DNA from: Nageia nagi
Taxonomy: Eukaryota > Plantae > Pinophyta
Length of the DNA stretch: 64,000 nucleotides
Assembly: GCA_050084985.1 (NCBI GenBank)
Contig: JBITNC010000001.1
Span: forward strand, 11,718,001 to 11,782,000
Direction: 5' to 3'
Made by a program: the position numbers and the translations under genes. The notes under the pieces were generated by a model. The model made no database searches. It worked only from the letters and a program-made list of their open reading frames with translations, and was not told where the DNA came from. Of this stretch, positions 23,601 to 37,650 are shown piece by piece; position 1 is the first letter of the stretch; every line of letters starts with the position of its first letter.

Positions 23601-26600
23601 ATCATTATTAACATTATCCTTGAGCATCATTGTACCTTTATCAATATCATGATAAACATCTTTTATTTCAGTACATACCTCATGAATAAAACTATGTTTG
23701 GGCAAGGTATGGTCGTTCCCCATCCCATGCTTGTTCATTTCCTTTTTATGAAGTTCTTTCTTTCTTAGTTCTTTTCTAATGATAACTTAATGAATGAAAA
23801 TATCATCATTTATTCTAATGATACCTAAATGTGCATCATGGTTATCCTTAGAATGACCATCTATCCATTCATTTCTACTTTTAGAAACTTATTTCTGATA
23901 AAAATCTTTGCATCTCTTAGTAGTAACTTTATTTCCTATATATATTCCCATAACACTTCTTCTAAAATTTTATTCAAGTTTGTGGTTTAGGTAGTCATCA
24001 AAGAAAACATGTTTCCCAAATATTTCAAATTGATTGCAGTATTTTACTAGTAAATCATCCCAATCACCTACCATTTTAAAATCTTTCTTGTCTTGCAAAA
24101 AAGATACAATTTCTTTTTTTAACTCCTTATTCCTTCATACCTAAAATAAATTTGATTCCCATAATTACTTTCAATCTTGAATTTTAAATTTACATAACCA
24201 AGATTACTCAATTAACATGAATTTTGATGTCTTCCATGGTGGGATACTCTAGTGAAATCTTTGTTGATATTAGCAAATTATCTCTCCCTATTTCCAACAT
24301 CCTTCTTGTAGTATCTCCAAACTCAAAATTTCTCAGCAAGTTATGGTTAAGATGTCTAATGACCTTGAAAAACTCTCATTTCTCATAACTCGATGATGAA
24401 ATCTAACAATACCTATAATTGAATGACACTTGTGATGCAAACATAACTTAAAATTGGCCTTAGAAAACCAATGTCTCTCCCTTGATGCCTTTATAATGCA
24501 ATAAGATGCTCCAAAATGCATCTAAGTTTCTAAATTTGGCTTATAATAAACTTAGAATGCCAAATAAACCTTAAAACAAGCCTTAGAATGCCACATTCTC
24601 CCAATAATGGCTTTCAAATGCATATCAAACTCAAAACTTACCTTCAATATGCTAACATCTCACTTAAGGTGACTTCAAAATGTAGAATGAACCTCAATAA
24701 ATGCTTTGGTATATCGATGTATAACTTTAATTGGTCTTATAATGTAGGATAGATATTAAAATAATCCCAATATGCCAACATCTATATTTAATAACACTAA
24801 CCATATAAATGCCTTTAGAATACCAACATCTAACTTAGAATGGCTTTTGAATGTAATATAAACCTCAAAGATTATCTTAGAATGATAATTTGGCCTTTAA
24901 TTTAGGCTTCTTCAACCTAGAAAAACCTCCTTTTGACTCTTCCAAATACTAATATAAGCAAACGAATCATAATTTTAATGGAAAAGATGCAAATTTTGAA
25001 AAATGTACCTTATCAAGTCAGATGATAAAATTGAGATCCCTAAAATTTAAAAATGTCATTAGAATAAGTGCAATGAATTGCTATTAGGTAGGTTTTGATC
25101 CTCTAAACTGCTAACATTTCATTCCAAGCATACATATCCAATAATCGCTCCTCAAAATGACCACTATGATGTCAAGTCAATTCCACTATGATGGAGTCTT
25201 TAGATCTTTCAACAGAATGATAAGATCTCTCCATCAATTCCTCCTTATTACCTAATATAAAAGGGAAAGATCTCCTCAACAAAATATTACTGTGATTCCA
25301 ATTAAATATCACCATGAATTGATACCATAATGATTCTCCTTAATATCCTTCTAATTCTTCTTAAGTAATTAAGGCAAGATTTCAACTCTTAAGCTCTATT
25401 CAAAAACCTCTATGTGTGTGATTCCCTTGATTTTGGCAAGATGATATAATCAAGGTTTTGATACCACTATGATGATCCCAAATTAGTGAATCATGCTCAA
25501 ACATGCCCTAGGAGAGGCACATTTACCTTGAAGCTTCAAAAACTACTCAATGAAGTTCAAAAATGCATAATAAAGCTAACATCTGGCTAGAAAAGCTAAA
25601 TACCAAAATGAACATGAAAAAGATCCCCACAAATTCAATGCAGTAGGAAGTAATACAACTTTTATACTCTAAAAATGGTACTCTAGATCTAACATCCAAT
25701 CATAAGGAGATAAATCATAAGATATAAATAAGAAAATGTAATTGTATTGATCTAATAATTAAATAGCTCAATTACAATATATTTTCATCTACTTAAGGAT
25801 CTTGTACCAAGACTTACTCTAATAGGGTTAATTTGGATGGCCACAGGGCCTCACTAATCATAACAATGACAAGGCACATTCTAGGACTTCCTCTATAGCT
25901 TATGTGATGAAATCAATATTGTTCCTCTTGAGATCTCTAGAGTAAACTTGAGGCTAGCCTCCTATGATCTCACGACCTCAAATACATGTTTCCCTACAAA
26001 TGGTAGAGATAGACTTCTTACAATCAATCCGATAAAAAACATTTATAATCAATAATCACATATCTCATAATGACTAAGAGTCCTCCTTTTATAGGTTATG
26101 TTGTTTCTCTTCTAATCTTGTATTGAGTTGATCAAATGATGGAGAGATGTGATTCTTGTGCTTATGTTTACAATATCCAAGATGGAGAGCCTCATAATAA
26201 GTGAGATGACCTCCAAGGGTCTAGGAATACAACATATAAGTGGTTGTGATGCTGGTGCACCTTGGGATCAATGTCATGGGTTTAGATACCCAACATGGGT
26301 GATGTGGGACTAAGGGATACCTAATATCATATCTTGATGATCCAACATTCCTCCTCAAGCCCAACATCCAAGGGTGGAGTCTGAATACCTCATACCAAGT
26401 TAAAATATCTTGGTATCATGCTCTACCATGAAAGGGGAGCAATATTATTAATGAGACCCATTATACCAATATTATAATAATCTAGGATAGATATATGAAA
26501 CATCCCATAATTGATGACTAATATTGCATTTATAATTAATAGTTGCCTTCCTATCACATATACATCATTATTCACATAATTATCTAAACTATACCTATCA

Positions 26601-27005
26601 TGGTAAATGTGGCCCAATGTTCCATAATTGGAGTGACTAACTATTCTTCAAGTGGAACTTACAATAAAGGGCTCATTACCATGAAATAATCCTAACTAAA
26701 TATAAAACACTCTTATATTAACTAGGTAATAATTGCACATGCTTAGAGGATGGATGTTAATCTCAAATGAGAGTAAATCAAGCATTCCCATGTGCATGAT
26801 ATGAGTAAACTATCCTAATGGGTGAACTTCAAAGTGCCATAGCTTCCTCATTTCTTGATCAAAATAGGTCATGTAACATATCAAAAGCATTGGCACAAGG
26901 TCCTCTTTCAATTCCTAGTGTTAAAATACCCATTCTTAGCTTGTAGAAGATATAATCATCTCAAAACAAAAAATGAGTAAAATCTTACAAATTGAAGACA
27001 TTACA
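20653..27005 (-). mobile_element. pol-less (non-autonomous) LTR element N1 with about 1.54-kb LTRs (20653-22198, 25468-27005)
   Basis: Clear long direct repeats; degenerate iMet PBS (TTTTGATACCA, 25456-25466); PPT-like CCCCTCT at about 22205-22211; TSD GTTCA/TTTCA. The 3.3-kb interior has decayed coding-like sequence but no RT, RNase H or integrase motifs that I can see. Confidence 0.88.
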
Positions 27006-27227
27006 TTTCATTCTTGGAAAACTACAAAAGAGCTCAAAGAATCCTAAAATCAATCTCACTAAAAAGTTAATTTACCTAAATTGAATAAGAAGCAATTAGA
27101 TAATATAATCACCATTGCTATGTTTTGACATTATTGTTATCTTACACATAGGATTGCTATCTTGGAATAATCATTGTAGAGTTGTTTATCTTAGCCTTGC
27201 ATCCACTAAATCAAGAGCATAATATAA

Positions 27228-30200
27228 TGTTAGAAAAATTAGTTATTGGATGAGAAAATATTATTATGTTGTAAGTTGAGAGAATATCTCAACAAAAAAA
27301 TCCATGTTTAGTTAGTGGGTACATAGTGTTATTTGTGGACTTTGTTGTAACAACTTAGTCAAAGTTGTTGATCTAAATATATCATGTAATATCCTATTTA
27401 TATGTTGTAATACAAAGTGATATTCAGTCATGTGTAAATAATTCCAATATAGTGTCAAAGCCTAGGATGAAAGAAAGGATGGTTTAGTGAGGCTTTCCTA
27501 CCTCTTGGTTATGAAGAATCAACAAACTCTTCTATTGTGTTAGTTTGTAAATAGATACATGTTTCTTCTTGTTAGTACATTTGTAGTTTGTGTTTATTTC
27601 CATGGTAGAGATTTGCTATAAATAGACCCTATGCATATAGAGGAAGTTTCTATGAATGTAAAACTACCATAGAACTTCAATTTGAAGGTATGATACCTAC
27701 CTTCATGCATTATATGAATGCATGCATATTATAATCCTCTACATGAGTGATGTTAGAAAGCATTATCTCCTCTTCAGATACCTTAAGATTGCATGCATCC
27801 ATGAAATGAAAGTCTTGGAATGAAGGAGAGCATGTGGATATCATTAGACTTTAGGTAGAACCCATGAGATAGTAACATGATGCAAGGGAAGTGTTGGGTG
27901 TGTTTCATCCTTTGTAAAGGAAACATTATGTACAACTACATTTTGGTGCAGTTGTTAAATTAAGGTCCTATACTACTCCAAATGGTATTAAATTTTATGT
28001 GTATATTCTACACATTATACCTTTCCAAAAATATAAAGAATGCATAAAACAAAGCTCTAGTTCAAAAGTTATGGCTTCTACAAGTTTGCTATTTTTATAG
28101 GGATTGTAGCTATGTTTCAAGGGGGATACAATTGGACAAAATGTAATGGGTGGTTTTAACCCATGGTTTTATGCTCATTGTATTGTAATAATACTATGTG
28201 ATTTTTTAGATGGATTTATCCTATAAATATAGTAATGTAATATTCATCAAGTATCCATTGGATGAATGCTTTTTCCCTAGGCTAGGCATGGAAGAGCATG
28301 ATGGAGTATCTTGGAATAATCCTGGAAGGATCTTGGACTAGTGTGTATGCCCTAGGTTGGGCATAAGAGTACATGATGGTGGATCTTGGATTAGATCTTG
28401 AGAGGATCAAGTATTATCAAGGTTTGGGCATGGCACATGGCTATAGTGTATGGTAATTCTTGTGATGGTATTATGGAAGGATATCCAAGGAGGTATTCTT
28501 GTAATGTATTCCTCCATAGAAAAGGTGAGAGGAATTTATTGTAATCATGATGGAGTGATTATGTTGTGTGTGAAGAAGAAATCCATGTTTGAGAATCCTG
28601 ATGGGATATGGATAGAGGATGTTATAGAAAAATTATTATTTGGTTCTTCCTTCATGTATTTGTAATTGCTAGAATAATGAAATTACTATGTTGACACTTC
28701 TCTAGGGATGTAGCTCAAAGATGTTGAGTAAACCTCATTAAATTTGATGTTCTTTTTTTTTGCATGATTTATTTCTATTGTTAATTAGTTTGCTTCACAT
28801 AAAATAGAATAATAGATTCTAATAATTGATATTAGGGTATAAGGTTCATTGGATTTTGGTTTAAGTGGGAGTTGGGAGCTACAACAAAAATGGGTTGCAG
28901 GAATTGTAACCAAATTTAAGCTTGTATTCAAAATTTAAGAAATTGGATTTTTGGAAGATGAGACTAACCACCTCTTTTTCCCTATCCCTTCCTAGGTTCT
29001 ACATATGGAAGCTTGTAATTGTAAAGGTAGAGTTTCTAATGTATTATTCTTGATTGTGGAAAGCCAAGAGATTGGTGAAGCAGTGGGAGCAATGAAAAGA
29101 AGAATGAGGTAGATTGTCTTGTTGATTGTTGATCATAGGAGAAGGTGTGAGGTTGACACTAATCTAGTGTAGTGGTTAAAATCATTGTGAAAGAATAATC
29201 TTCAAGCTTGAAGATGATCTTCAGCAGATGTAATAATGATGAAGCTATTATGAATTAGTCTCCAAATGGAAGATTATTTATGAATTTGCTAAGGTAAATG
29301 TGTTTGTGTCCTTAGATGAATATTGTAGATGTTTAATGTGTGATTTAGATTATATTGAACATGGAGTGAGAGCTTTGAGTAAATTTATATTCAAGCTTGA
29401 CTATATGGGTTGGATTATTGAGTTTTCAATATTGATTGATCCCTTTGCAAAGGATTCAACAATGTTGGGTGTGTTTAATCCTTTGTAAAGGAAATATTAT
29501 GTACAACTACATTTTGGTTATGTGAGAAACTAAGGTCCTTTACTTCTCTAAATAGGACAAAATTTGATGTGTAGATTCTGCACATTCATATCTTTCTAAT
29601 GCTCTAAAGAATGCATAAAACAATACTCTAGGTCAACAGTTATGGGTTTTACAACTTGGTTGCTTTTATAGGGATTGTAGCTAAGGTTTCTAGGGGGATA
29701 CACTTGGGAAAAATGTAATGGATGGTTTTAACCCATGGTTTTATGCTCATTATATTGTAATACTACTATGTGGTTTTTTGGATGGATTTATCCTATAAAT
29801 ATTGTAGTGTAATATTCATCAAGTATCCTTTGGATAAATGGTTTTGCCCTAGGCTAGGCATGGAAGAGCATGATGGAGTATCCTAGAATAATATTTGAAT
29901 AATACTGGAAGGATTTTGGACTAGCATGTATGTCTTGGGTTGGGCATGGGAGCACATGATGGTGGATCTTGGATTAGATCTTGAGAGGAGCAAGTATGTT
30001 CAAGGTTTAGACATGGCACATGGTGATAGTGTGTGGTAATGCTTGAGATCGTATTATGGAAAGATGTACATGAAGGTATTCTTGTAATGTATTCCTCCAT
30101 AGAAAAGATGAGAGGAATTGCTTGTAATCACGATCAAGTGATTATGTTGTGGATGAAGAAAAAATCCATGTTTGAGAAACCTATTGAGAGATGGAGAGAG

Positions 30201-32022
30201 GGTTTTGCAACAAGATTGTTGTTTGGTTCTTCCTTCATGTATTTGCAATTGGTAGAATAATGGAATTACTATGTTGGTACTTCTCTGAGGATGTAGCTCA
30301 AAGATGTTGAGTAAACCTCCTTAAATTTGGTGTTCTTATTTTATCTACATGATTTATTTATGTTGTTAACTAGTTTTCTTAACATAAAATATAATGCTAA
30401 ATCCCACTAGGAAGTGAATAGATCTACAACCAATGAGCAAACTATTGAAAAGAATGGCATATAATGCTTGTGAATGACATGTATTTTTTTGACTACCTAC
30501 TTGCATATGCTTGAGAAGTTGTTGATGTTTTCCAATGTGGGAGATATCATGTTTTTGGATGATTCCTAGTTTGGCAAATAGACTCATGAGATTTAATTCA
30601 TATGGACTTTTATTCTTCATAAACGCTAGAGTCTAATATGCAGAGAGGCATTTATAAATGCCAAACCTAAATGATTAAACAATAGTAGATGGAAAAGACT
30701 CACAATAGAAGCATATATGTGAAGGAGCATTAGATGTAATCCATACCAAATATGCACCATAGATTACATGAGATTGAATTATGGAGGATGGTTAGTTAAA
30801 TTTTTCAATACGTGGAGATGCTATGTGTATGGGCTATGTGGATCAATGAGTTTTGTTGTAATGTATTTCTCCCAATATGTTTGATTTTGTCTATTGTTGG
30901 TTGAATCATCTTTTATTGTTAAGTTTACATAATGTTTTTAATTTGATAGATATATTGGGGAGTTAGAAGGTGTATATGAGTAACTTTTTACTTTTTATTA
31001 ACATTAATTAACTATTATTATTAATATTTGTGTCATAGTTTTTAGTTATTTGGAGTGATAAGGTGTGTTGTTTTAATAAAATATTTATATGTGAATTTTA
31101 TTAATAGTAATCTTTAATTACTATTAATAAAATGATTTGGATAAGGTTGAGTCTTTACACCTTTTTTTATGAAGAGATTTGTCAAAGTTGTTGATAATTA
31201 CTTCAAGATTATGTGATTGGATGTGTTTTTTCCCATTCACACATGATTAGTCATGATCAGATGTGTGGATTCTTGATTATGTTCATTGGTTGGAAGCAGG
31301 TTGCCATTGTCCTAAATGTTGGAGAAAGCTACTAGAAGCTCATTGGAAGAAAAATTATTGAATGTTCCTAACCTTGATGTTATTTTGAGATAGTTGTAAA
31401 CAAATGTGCTATTCGTTGTTTACATCTATGATATTAGATAGATGTGTATGTCCCTATCCTTGGTCATTTGGTATTGCAATCACACCTCATGATCAAATAA
31501 GATAGCCAATAACCTAACATGATAGGAATATTTGTTGCAATCTCATGCTACTTGATGGTCACTAAGACATCATTATGATAGTATAGTTAGCTATATTCTA
31601 CTAAATGATCGTGATGATGAAGCGATTTGCATTCATTATGATAGTAGAGTTTATTGTAATTTGTATGATGTTGGATGGTTATGTTATGAGACTTCAAATG
31701 ATCCCATTAACATTGAAGTTGATTTGAAGAACAATGATCCCATTTTTATGATGTTATTTTAATGAAAAATCTTAGGGCTAGATTTATCATTAGGGAGGGG
31801 TGTTAGAAAAATTAGTTATTAGATGATAAAATATTATTTTGTTGTAAGTTGAGAGAATATCTCAACAAAAGTTTCCATGTTTAGTTAGTGGGTACATAGT
31901 GTTATTTTTGGAGTTTGTTGTAATAACTTAGTCAAAGTTTTTGATCTAAATATATCATGTAATGTCCTATTTATATGTTGTAATGCAAAGTGATATTTGA
32001 TTGTGTGCAAACAATTCCAATA
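27228..32022 (+). mobile_element. non-autonomous short-LTR element N2 (222-bp LTRs 27228-27449 and 31801-32022)
   Basis: Direct repeats starting TGTTAGAAAAATTAG; PBS remnant TAGTGTCAAAGCC at 27450; PPT TAGGGAGGGG at 31791-31800; TSD TATAA/TAAAA; no gag or pol recognised. Confidence 0.85.
27892..30409 (+). mobile_element. non-autonomous element N3 nested in N2 (LTRs about 27892-28824 and 29463-30409, about 640-bp interior)
   Basis: About 940-bp direct repeats beginning TGTTGGGTGTG (paralogous ORFs 28450-28665 and 30033-30260); PBS remnant TGATATTAGGG at about 28827; exact TSD GGAAG at 27887-27891 and 30410-30414. Confidence 0.85.
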
Positions 32023-33166
32023 TAAAATATTTATGCTTAGTTTTTATTTTATCAATCTTGTCTGATACCATTGGGAATATTTTCTTTATGTACTATTGTC
32101 TACTTGAATTCTTATTTACAACCTTAAAATGGATAATGAACCTCACACTAATTTGATTGAAACTAGAGCACAAGCTAGGGCTATAAAAGATAGGGAAATA
32201 CATTCTAAACCTCCTTCCCTTCCTCCTCTCCATATAGACATGCTCTTCACCTACACCTTCAAGAAGGTTCCCAACTATATAGAGACATGCAAATAAGTGT
32301 TTGTAAGAATCCTTTATTTGGTTATCCTAGTTACCCACATCATGTAGAGAATGTTCAAGATGATATCCTTTCCAAGGAACAACTCTTTTTGAGTGATCCT
32401 TATAGATACTAAAAAGCAATACCTTTTTAATGAGATTAGTTTAATGTATTAAAATTCTTAATTCATTATTTTTATTTATAACTAATTTGTAACTATGCAA
32501 AATCAAATGCTCAAATATGCAAAAATAGCTAAATTGACTTAAAACAAAAAATGGTGCAAAAGTGGGTATCTAGTTATACTCACTTAAGTTATCAAAGTAG
32601 GTATATAACTAAATGATAAATTAGAATTCCCACTCTTGGCTCATTATTATCCTACCATTATTGTTGTTGCACACTTATGATTTTTGCTATCAATTTGCTC
32701 CAAGATTGTATGCTAGGGTTTGAAGGATCAAGGGTTTCAACCAAACTTCTTTATAAATCCTCTTCAAGCTTGGTCCTAAACATACAAGGTAATATTTACA
32801 TGATGAATTTATGAATATATTGATCTATTATTGTATATATTTTATATACTCAAAGATTTTGTAGGATTGAAGACACTTCAACCATGGAAAAGCTTATAAT
32901 GATCCACCTTTATATCCTCAAATAGACTTGTGTGCATTTAGCATTTTTGATAGGTTAAATTCATGGTAAATTTCATTTCCAATATAGAAAACTAAATTTA
33001 AATTCATACATACACCAATATATGGTATAAGTACATATTTATTCTTGTGGGTATCCTTGGATCTCGTAGATCCAAGGATATTTAAAAAACATGTATTTTC
33101 ATAGGTTTTAGCTTTAGTAGGGTTTGAAATACTAAATCATACATTTATATATTTATTCATGTAAAT

Positions 33167-36100
33167 ATCAACCTAAAATTATAACTTACATATTGCAAAC
33201 CATCCAATCATAATCTAGGCATAAGTATTTGCACAATATGCAAACATTATTATATATCTTCATTGATTTGGGTACTAGGGGGCTCACATTGCCATTTGGA
33301 GTGAGGTAAATCACTCCAAGCTCCTTTAAGTGCCTTAAAGGGATTAAATTGGAGGTCTCCCTATCCATATTATATGAATTTAGATCTTTACATCATTCTT
33401 TCAAATTTTTGAAATATTATTTAAACTTTTAGCCATATCTTTACTATAATTCTTATCTAATTCTAATTAACTAGAGCATAGTTATGTATTCTTGAAGTTT
33501 ATGTATGATACTAACTTGTTTATACATTTTAGTATACAAATTACATGAATTTTAGGCTATATTAAATGGTGAACCCCACATGAACACCATCTTATTCTTA
33601 GATTTAGTGTTGTCTTCACCTTTCTCATATTTGTTCAAGTTTTACCTCAAATTAGGATTCTCTTGTTTTTTTTTTTATTTTTACCAACCTAAATGGGTTA
33701 AACTTGTAAAGAATTAGGAATTCATGATTGTTTTTTTATAAGATTTTGATATGAAAATCCTATGAGAAGGGCATATTAGATATGATCTTTTGGTGCTCAA
33801 TCTTAGCAATTTTATCCCAAGCATAGTACAACCTACACCTTTAATTCAAATTGGATAATATCAAGTTGATCTTTGTAGGAGGAGTACTCATTCCAAAGGT
33901 ATATGTGCTTGAAGGTTGATTGAAGATTAAAATATGGTGGTGATTAGTGATGAAAATCATGCTATCAATTGCATATATCTACTATATTTCAAGACATTAA
34001 TGATGTGCATCTTGATGATTTAGCATGGGAAGTTGAAGGGACATCAATGTTTTCGGGTAGCTGACGAGTTCAAGGTCATTAATTGACATCTTAGAGAGTT
34101 TTCAGATTTTATTATTATTTGAAGGAATACCAAGAGTCATTCTAGAATTTTTGTAGTTCTAAAGTTATTCTTCCTATTATAGGAGTTTGCAATAGTGTTG
34201 TAGGAGATGGTATTGCCATTATTTTGATGGTATTTCTCTATGGATTTAATATTGTAATGTCCATAGAAAATTAGGAGAGAAAGCTCCAAATCCATGCTAG
34301 ATTAGCCTAGATTGGGTGAACTAGGGTAATTAATTGTGTTGATCTTATTGTATGTGTTTTGAGATTGATAGTTTGTATTTTGTACATTGTGCAATTTTGT
34401 ATTTATATGTAATGTGATGGGTCTCATAATGATGAATGTTTTTTACATTTGAATCTATAAGTGAGGATCCTAGTATGCTATAAGAAGTTATAGACCATGT
34501 TATAGGGCCCTAATCCCTAATAGGCCAGGCACACTACACCCCATCTTAGGCACACTACACCTTACACATAGTTCACCTGGTATACTATGCCTTGATAATT
34601 GACCCCTAATCATGCTACACCTAGCCTCTAAGTGCATTGCACCTTGCAACCTATTATGTTTGCTACTCTAACTCCCTCCTAGGAACATTACATCCCAAAA
34701 TAGAGAGCTTATTTGCTCAAAAGATTTATACAAGGTGTAAGTTTGGCTATGCCCCAAAATAAAGAGGTATTTTTCTAAGACAAGAACTCTGACTAGGTGC
34801 AAGTTTGATTGCACTTTGGACTATTGGGCTTACATTTTTCAATTTCTTAGTAAAAAATTTGTAATAGGTTTAAGTTTCTTGGATTTTCATACCCAAGTGT
34901 AATCTTGTAAAGTCCTAGGGATGTTTTCACACTTGCATTAAAGTGTATACCAAATTTTGTGTTTTTCAAATTCACCTTGGAGATTGGTGTTATTTTTTGA
35001 AAGCTCACTCAATTTTGAGAGACTTGTAACCAATTGAGATTTGTACATTGGATCTAGAGGTAACATTATGATTTAGGTAAGGATTTAAGTCACTTTTTGT
35101 ATCTTGTCCATATCATTTCATTGCTTTTTCCATCTTAAGATTACTTTCATGTTGTATTTTATCTTAGTAAAATTGTATTCATCCTTATGGGGTATTGTTG
35201 CATTAACAAGAAAAATACTTTGGATTTAAAATTTAAATATTAAATAAAGGATTTGATTATTGTTAGGACTTGAGTGTTTTGTATTGCATGCATCCAAAAT
35301 CATCATTTCCTTTCACTTTCATTCAAAAAGCAAAAATGTTGGAAAAGAGCATACATTGGGAGGGATTGCTAAGCATTTTGAGGGAGTAGTGTGCATATTA
35401 TTATAATGTTATATATCATATTTTATTTTTCATATTAAATTCCTTCACATTACTAGGAAGTTTATATGACATGTGTACTTAATTACCATGACCTGACCCT
35501 TACTTGAATTTCATCACTGAAGTGCGAGTTCGCCCTAATTCAAGATAGCTTCCTATGGAGGGTACCTAAGAATCCTTGTAAAACATTTCACACCCCTAGA
35601 AGATTGATCCTTCTCCCTATATAAGGAAACATAAACAAGGTTGTATTGGAAAAAATAATTGCATCTAAAATCTATACAAACTAATAAGATAAAAGTCAAA
35701 TTGAACCAAAAAGTAATTAGAAAGAATAATAAAAAATTGCTATATCTCATAATTGCTATACTCATATAGAATTACATATTTATTTTAAGTGATTGTATAA
35801 TTTGCATCAACAATAAAGGAAGAATAAATTTGAACATATCCTAAGCTTGGTGGTTTATTTTTGTTTTACAAGTTTTGCTTCATTTGTACTCATTGTATTT
35901 AAAAATTACTCCTTGTAGTCTCGTAAAATGGATCTTGATTCATCTGATAATCTAGTTTCATATGAGTATTCCATAGTGGGAATGGTTGAAATAAGAGCTC
36001 AAAGGAAAAATAATAATCTAAGTGATATGATGGAAGATTCAACTCTTAATGTGGAGAAATCACTCTATTGGTTTTCGCCAAGGCTCTCTAAACATTTCAA

Positions 36101-36634
36101 TACCTTACACCTAATGATATGGTAAAAGTAATGGAGCAAGTACATAATACCATTGGTCCCATAACTCAAGCTTATTTATAATGCCAAGGCATACCTAGAA
36201 ACATTTTATTTTGGTCTTATTATTATAATTATTCTATGATGGATGAGAATGAGCCTCCAAAGGCTACAGATACATCTCTCTCCCTACCTAAAATTAATAA
36301 GCAAGATATTAATGCATATAATTGGTACCAAGAGAGAATAGGCTAAATCACAAACATAAAACCTCAACCATCCATTCCAAAAAATATTTTAAATCCATAA
36401 AATATACCAAATACACAAAATGTTGGCCAAGGTTGGTTTCCACCTAAAGAGTGTAAGTTACCAACATTTCAAGAACCCACCTTCAAAGTGCCAAATTAGT
36501 GCAAAGAACCTCCAATTATGCAAGATTTGAAATTGGATATCAATTTTTAAAATATTCAATTTATCTATCACTACTTTTTCAAGTGCAAATGGAATGGCTA
36601 CAACCTAGGTTAATATGAGAAAGATATGATACAT
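33167..36634 (+). mobile_element. Tat/Ogre-like Gypsy G2: putative about 395-bp 5' LTR, tRNA-Trp-like PBS (33567-33584), leader, gag start and G-patch
   Basis: Terminal inverted repeat CCTAAAATT (33172)/AATTTTAGG (33548). TGGTGAACCCCACATGAA matches the complement of the plant tRNA-Trp 3' end as I recall it, at 16 of 18 positions. Gag-like MVEIRAQRK lies in ORF 35928-36125. G-patch-like WNGYNLG*YEKDMIH|LMQP...GLSF spans the Copia B insertion. Confidence 0.55.
34525..34700 (+). repeat. degenerate about 21-29 bp tandem units with core AGGCACACTACACC
   Basis: Two exact cores at about 34527 and 34548 and about five decayed copies downstream. Confidence 0.65.
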
Positions 36635-37650
36635 TGAAAGAGATGAAACTCCTACACCCAAGATCACCTTGGAGTATTCTTCTACTTCAAGCAATAACAC
36701 AAGAGACAATCATTCAAACACACTCAAGTGATACAACCATGTATAATGGTTCCTCTTTATCAATAGAGTACTCCACTCTTAGCAAGATTCTATTACTTCT
36801 AAAGACTCACAAAACTCTCTTACAACATTAGAATTCTCTCCTCCTATCAACCTACACTGTAAGAGCATAAAAATCCTTCAAAATCAAGTGTAAAATGCTT
36901 AACCAAGGACTTCTAATTATAGATGAAAATTCTATGCACATGGGATGTACATGCTCATGCCCATAAGATGGCCATGAGGTTGAGTGGAGGAGAATATTAA
37001 ATTCACTAAATACTTAAAAGGTATTTAGGATACTTTCAAGTATTTAAGTGAGTTTAATTAGAGAATTACAATAGGAGAAGGTTTATTATTCTTTATATAC
37101 CTTTTAAAGATTAATAATTACAATAGTGCATTATTTATTCTAACACTCCCTCTTAATGCAATATAGGGGTAGAGAGAAGAGAAGATAGAAAGATTGTATA
37201 AGAGATTTCTCTTCCATAAGAAATACAATGAGAGATGAGAACTTGACATCTTGATAATTAATACAATCTATCCAAGGCTCAACTATGTAACTATTTAACA
37301 AATGATTTATAATACATCAACCATTAACCATAAATGGTTTCAATGTACAAGTAGTATTTATTCACTAATATGTTGATATGAAGAGCTTCTATGAGCCTAC
37401 ATACCTGAAGTAAGTAACCTGTAATTTCGAGAAGAACCCTACAAGCTACAAGTATCTCATACATAACATTAGTTATATGCATCATATATTCATATAAACA
37501 TAAGATAAATTAATCAAATAATGCCATCCATAAACTAATTAGATGGTGTACTATAAGTCATCACAAAGATGCCAAGCAAACTCATAATCACTTTCTGTAT
37601 AAGAAAAATATATGTTGATCATCATTATAAATATATGATATACATCTAAT

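Noticed and set aside
28450-30260. Duplicated 71-75 aa ORFs as a small gene family
   Set aside because: They lie within the two LTRs of N3. The paired ORFs at 36634/44068 and 55581/57113 are likewise LTR copies.
32061-32070. TCTGATACCA, a minus-strand iMet PBS-like match
   Set aside because: No associated LTR pair or gag; a short match can arise by chance.
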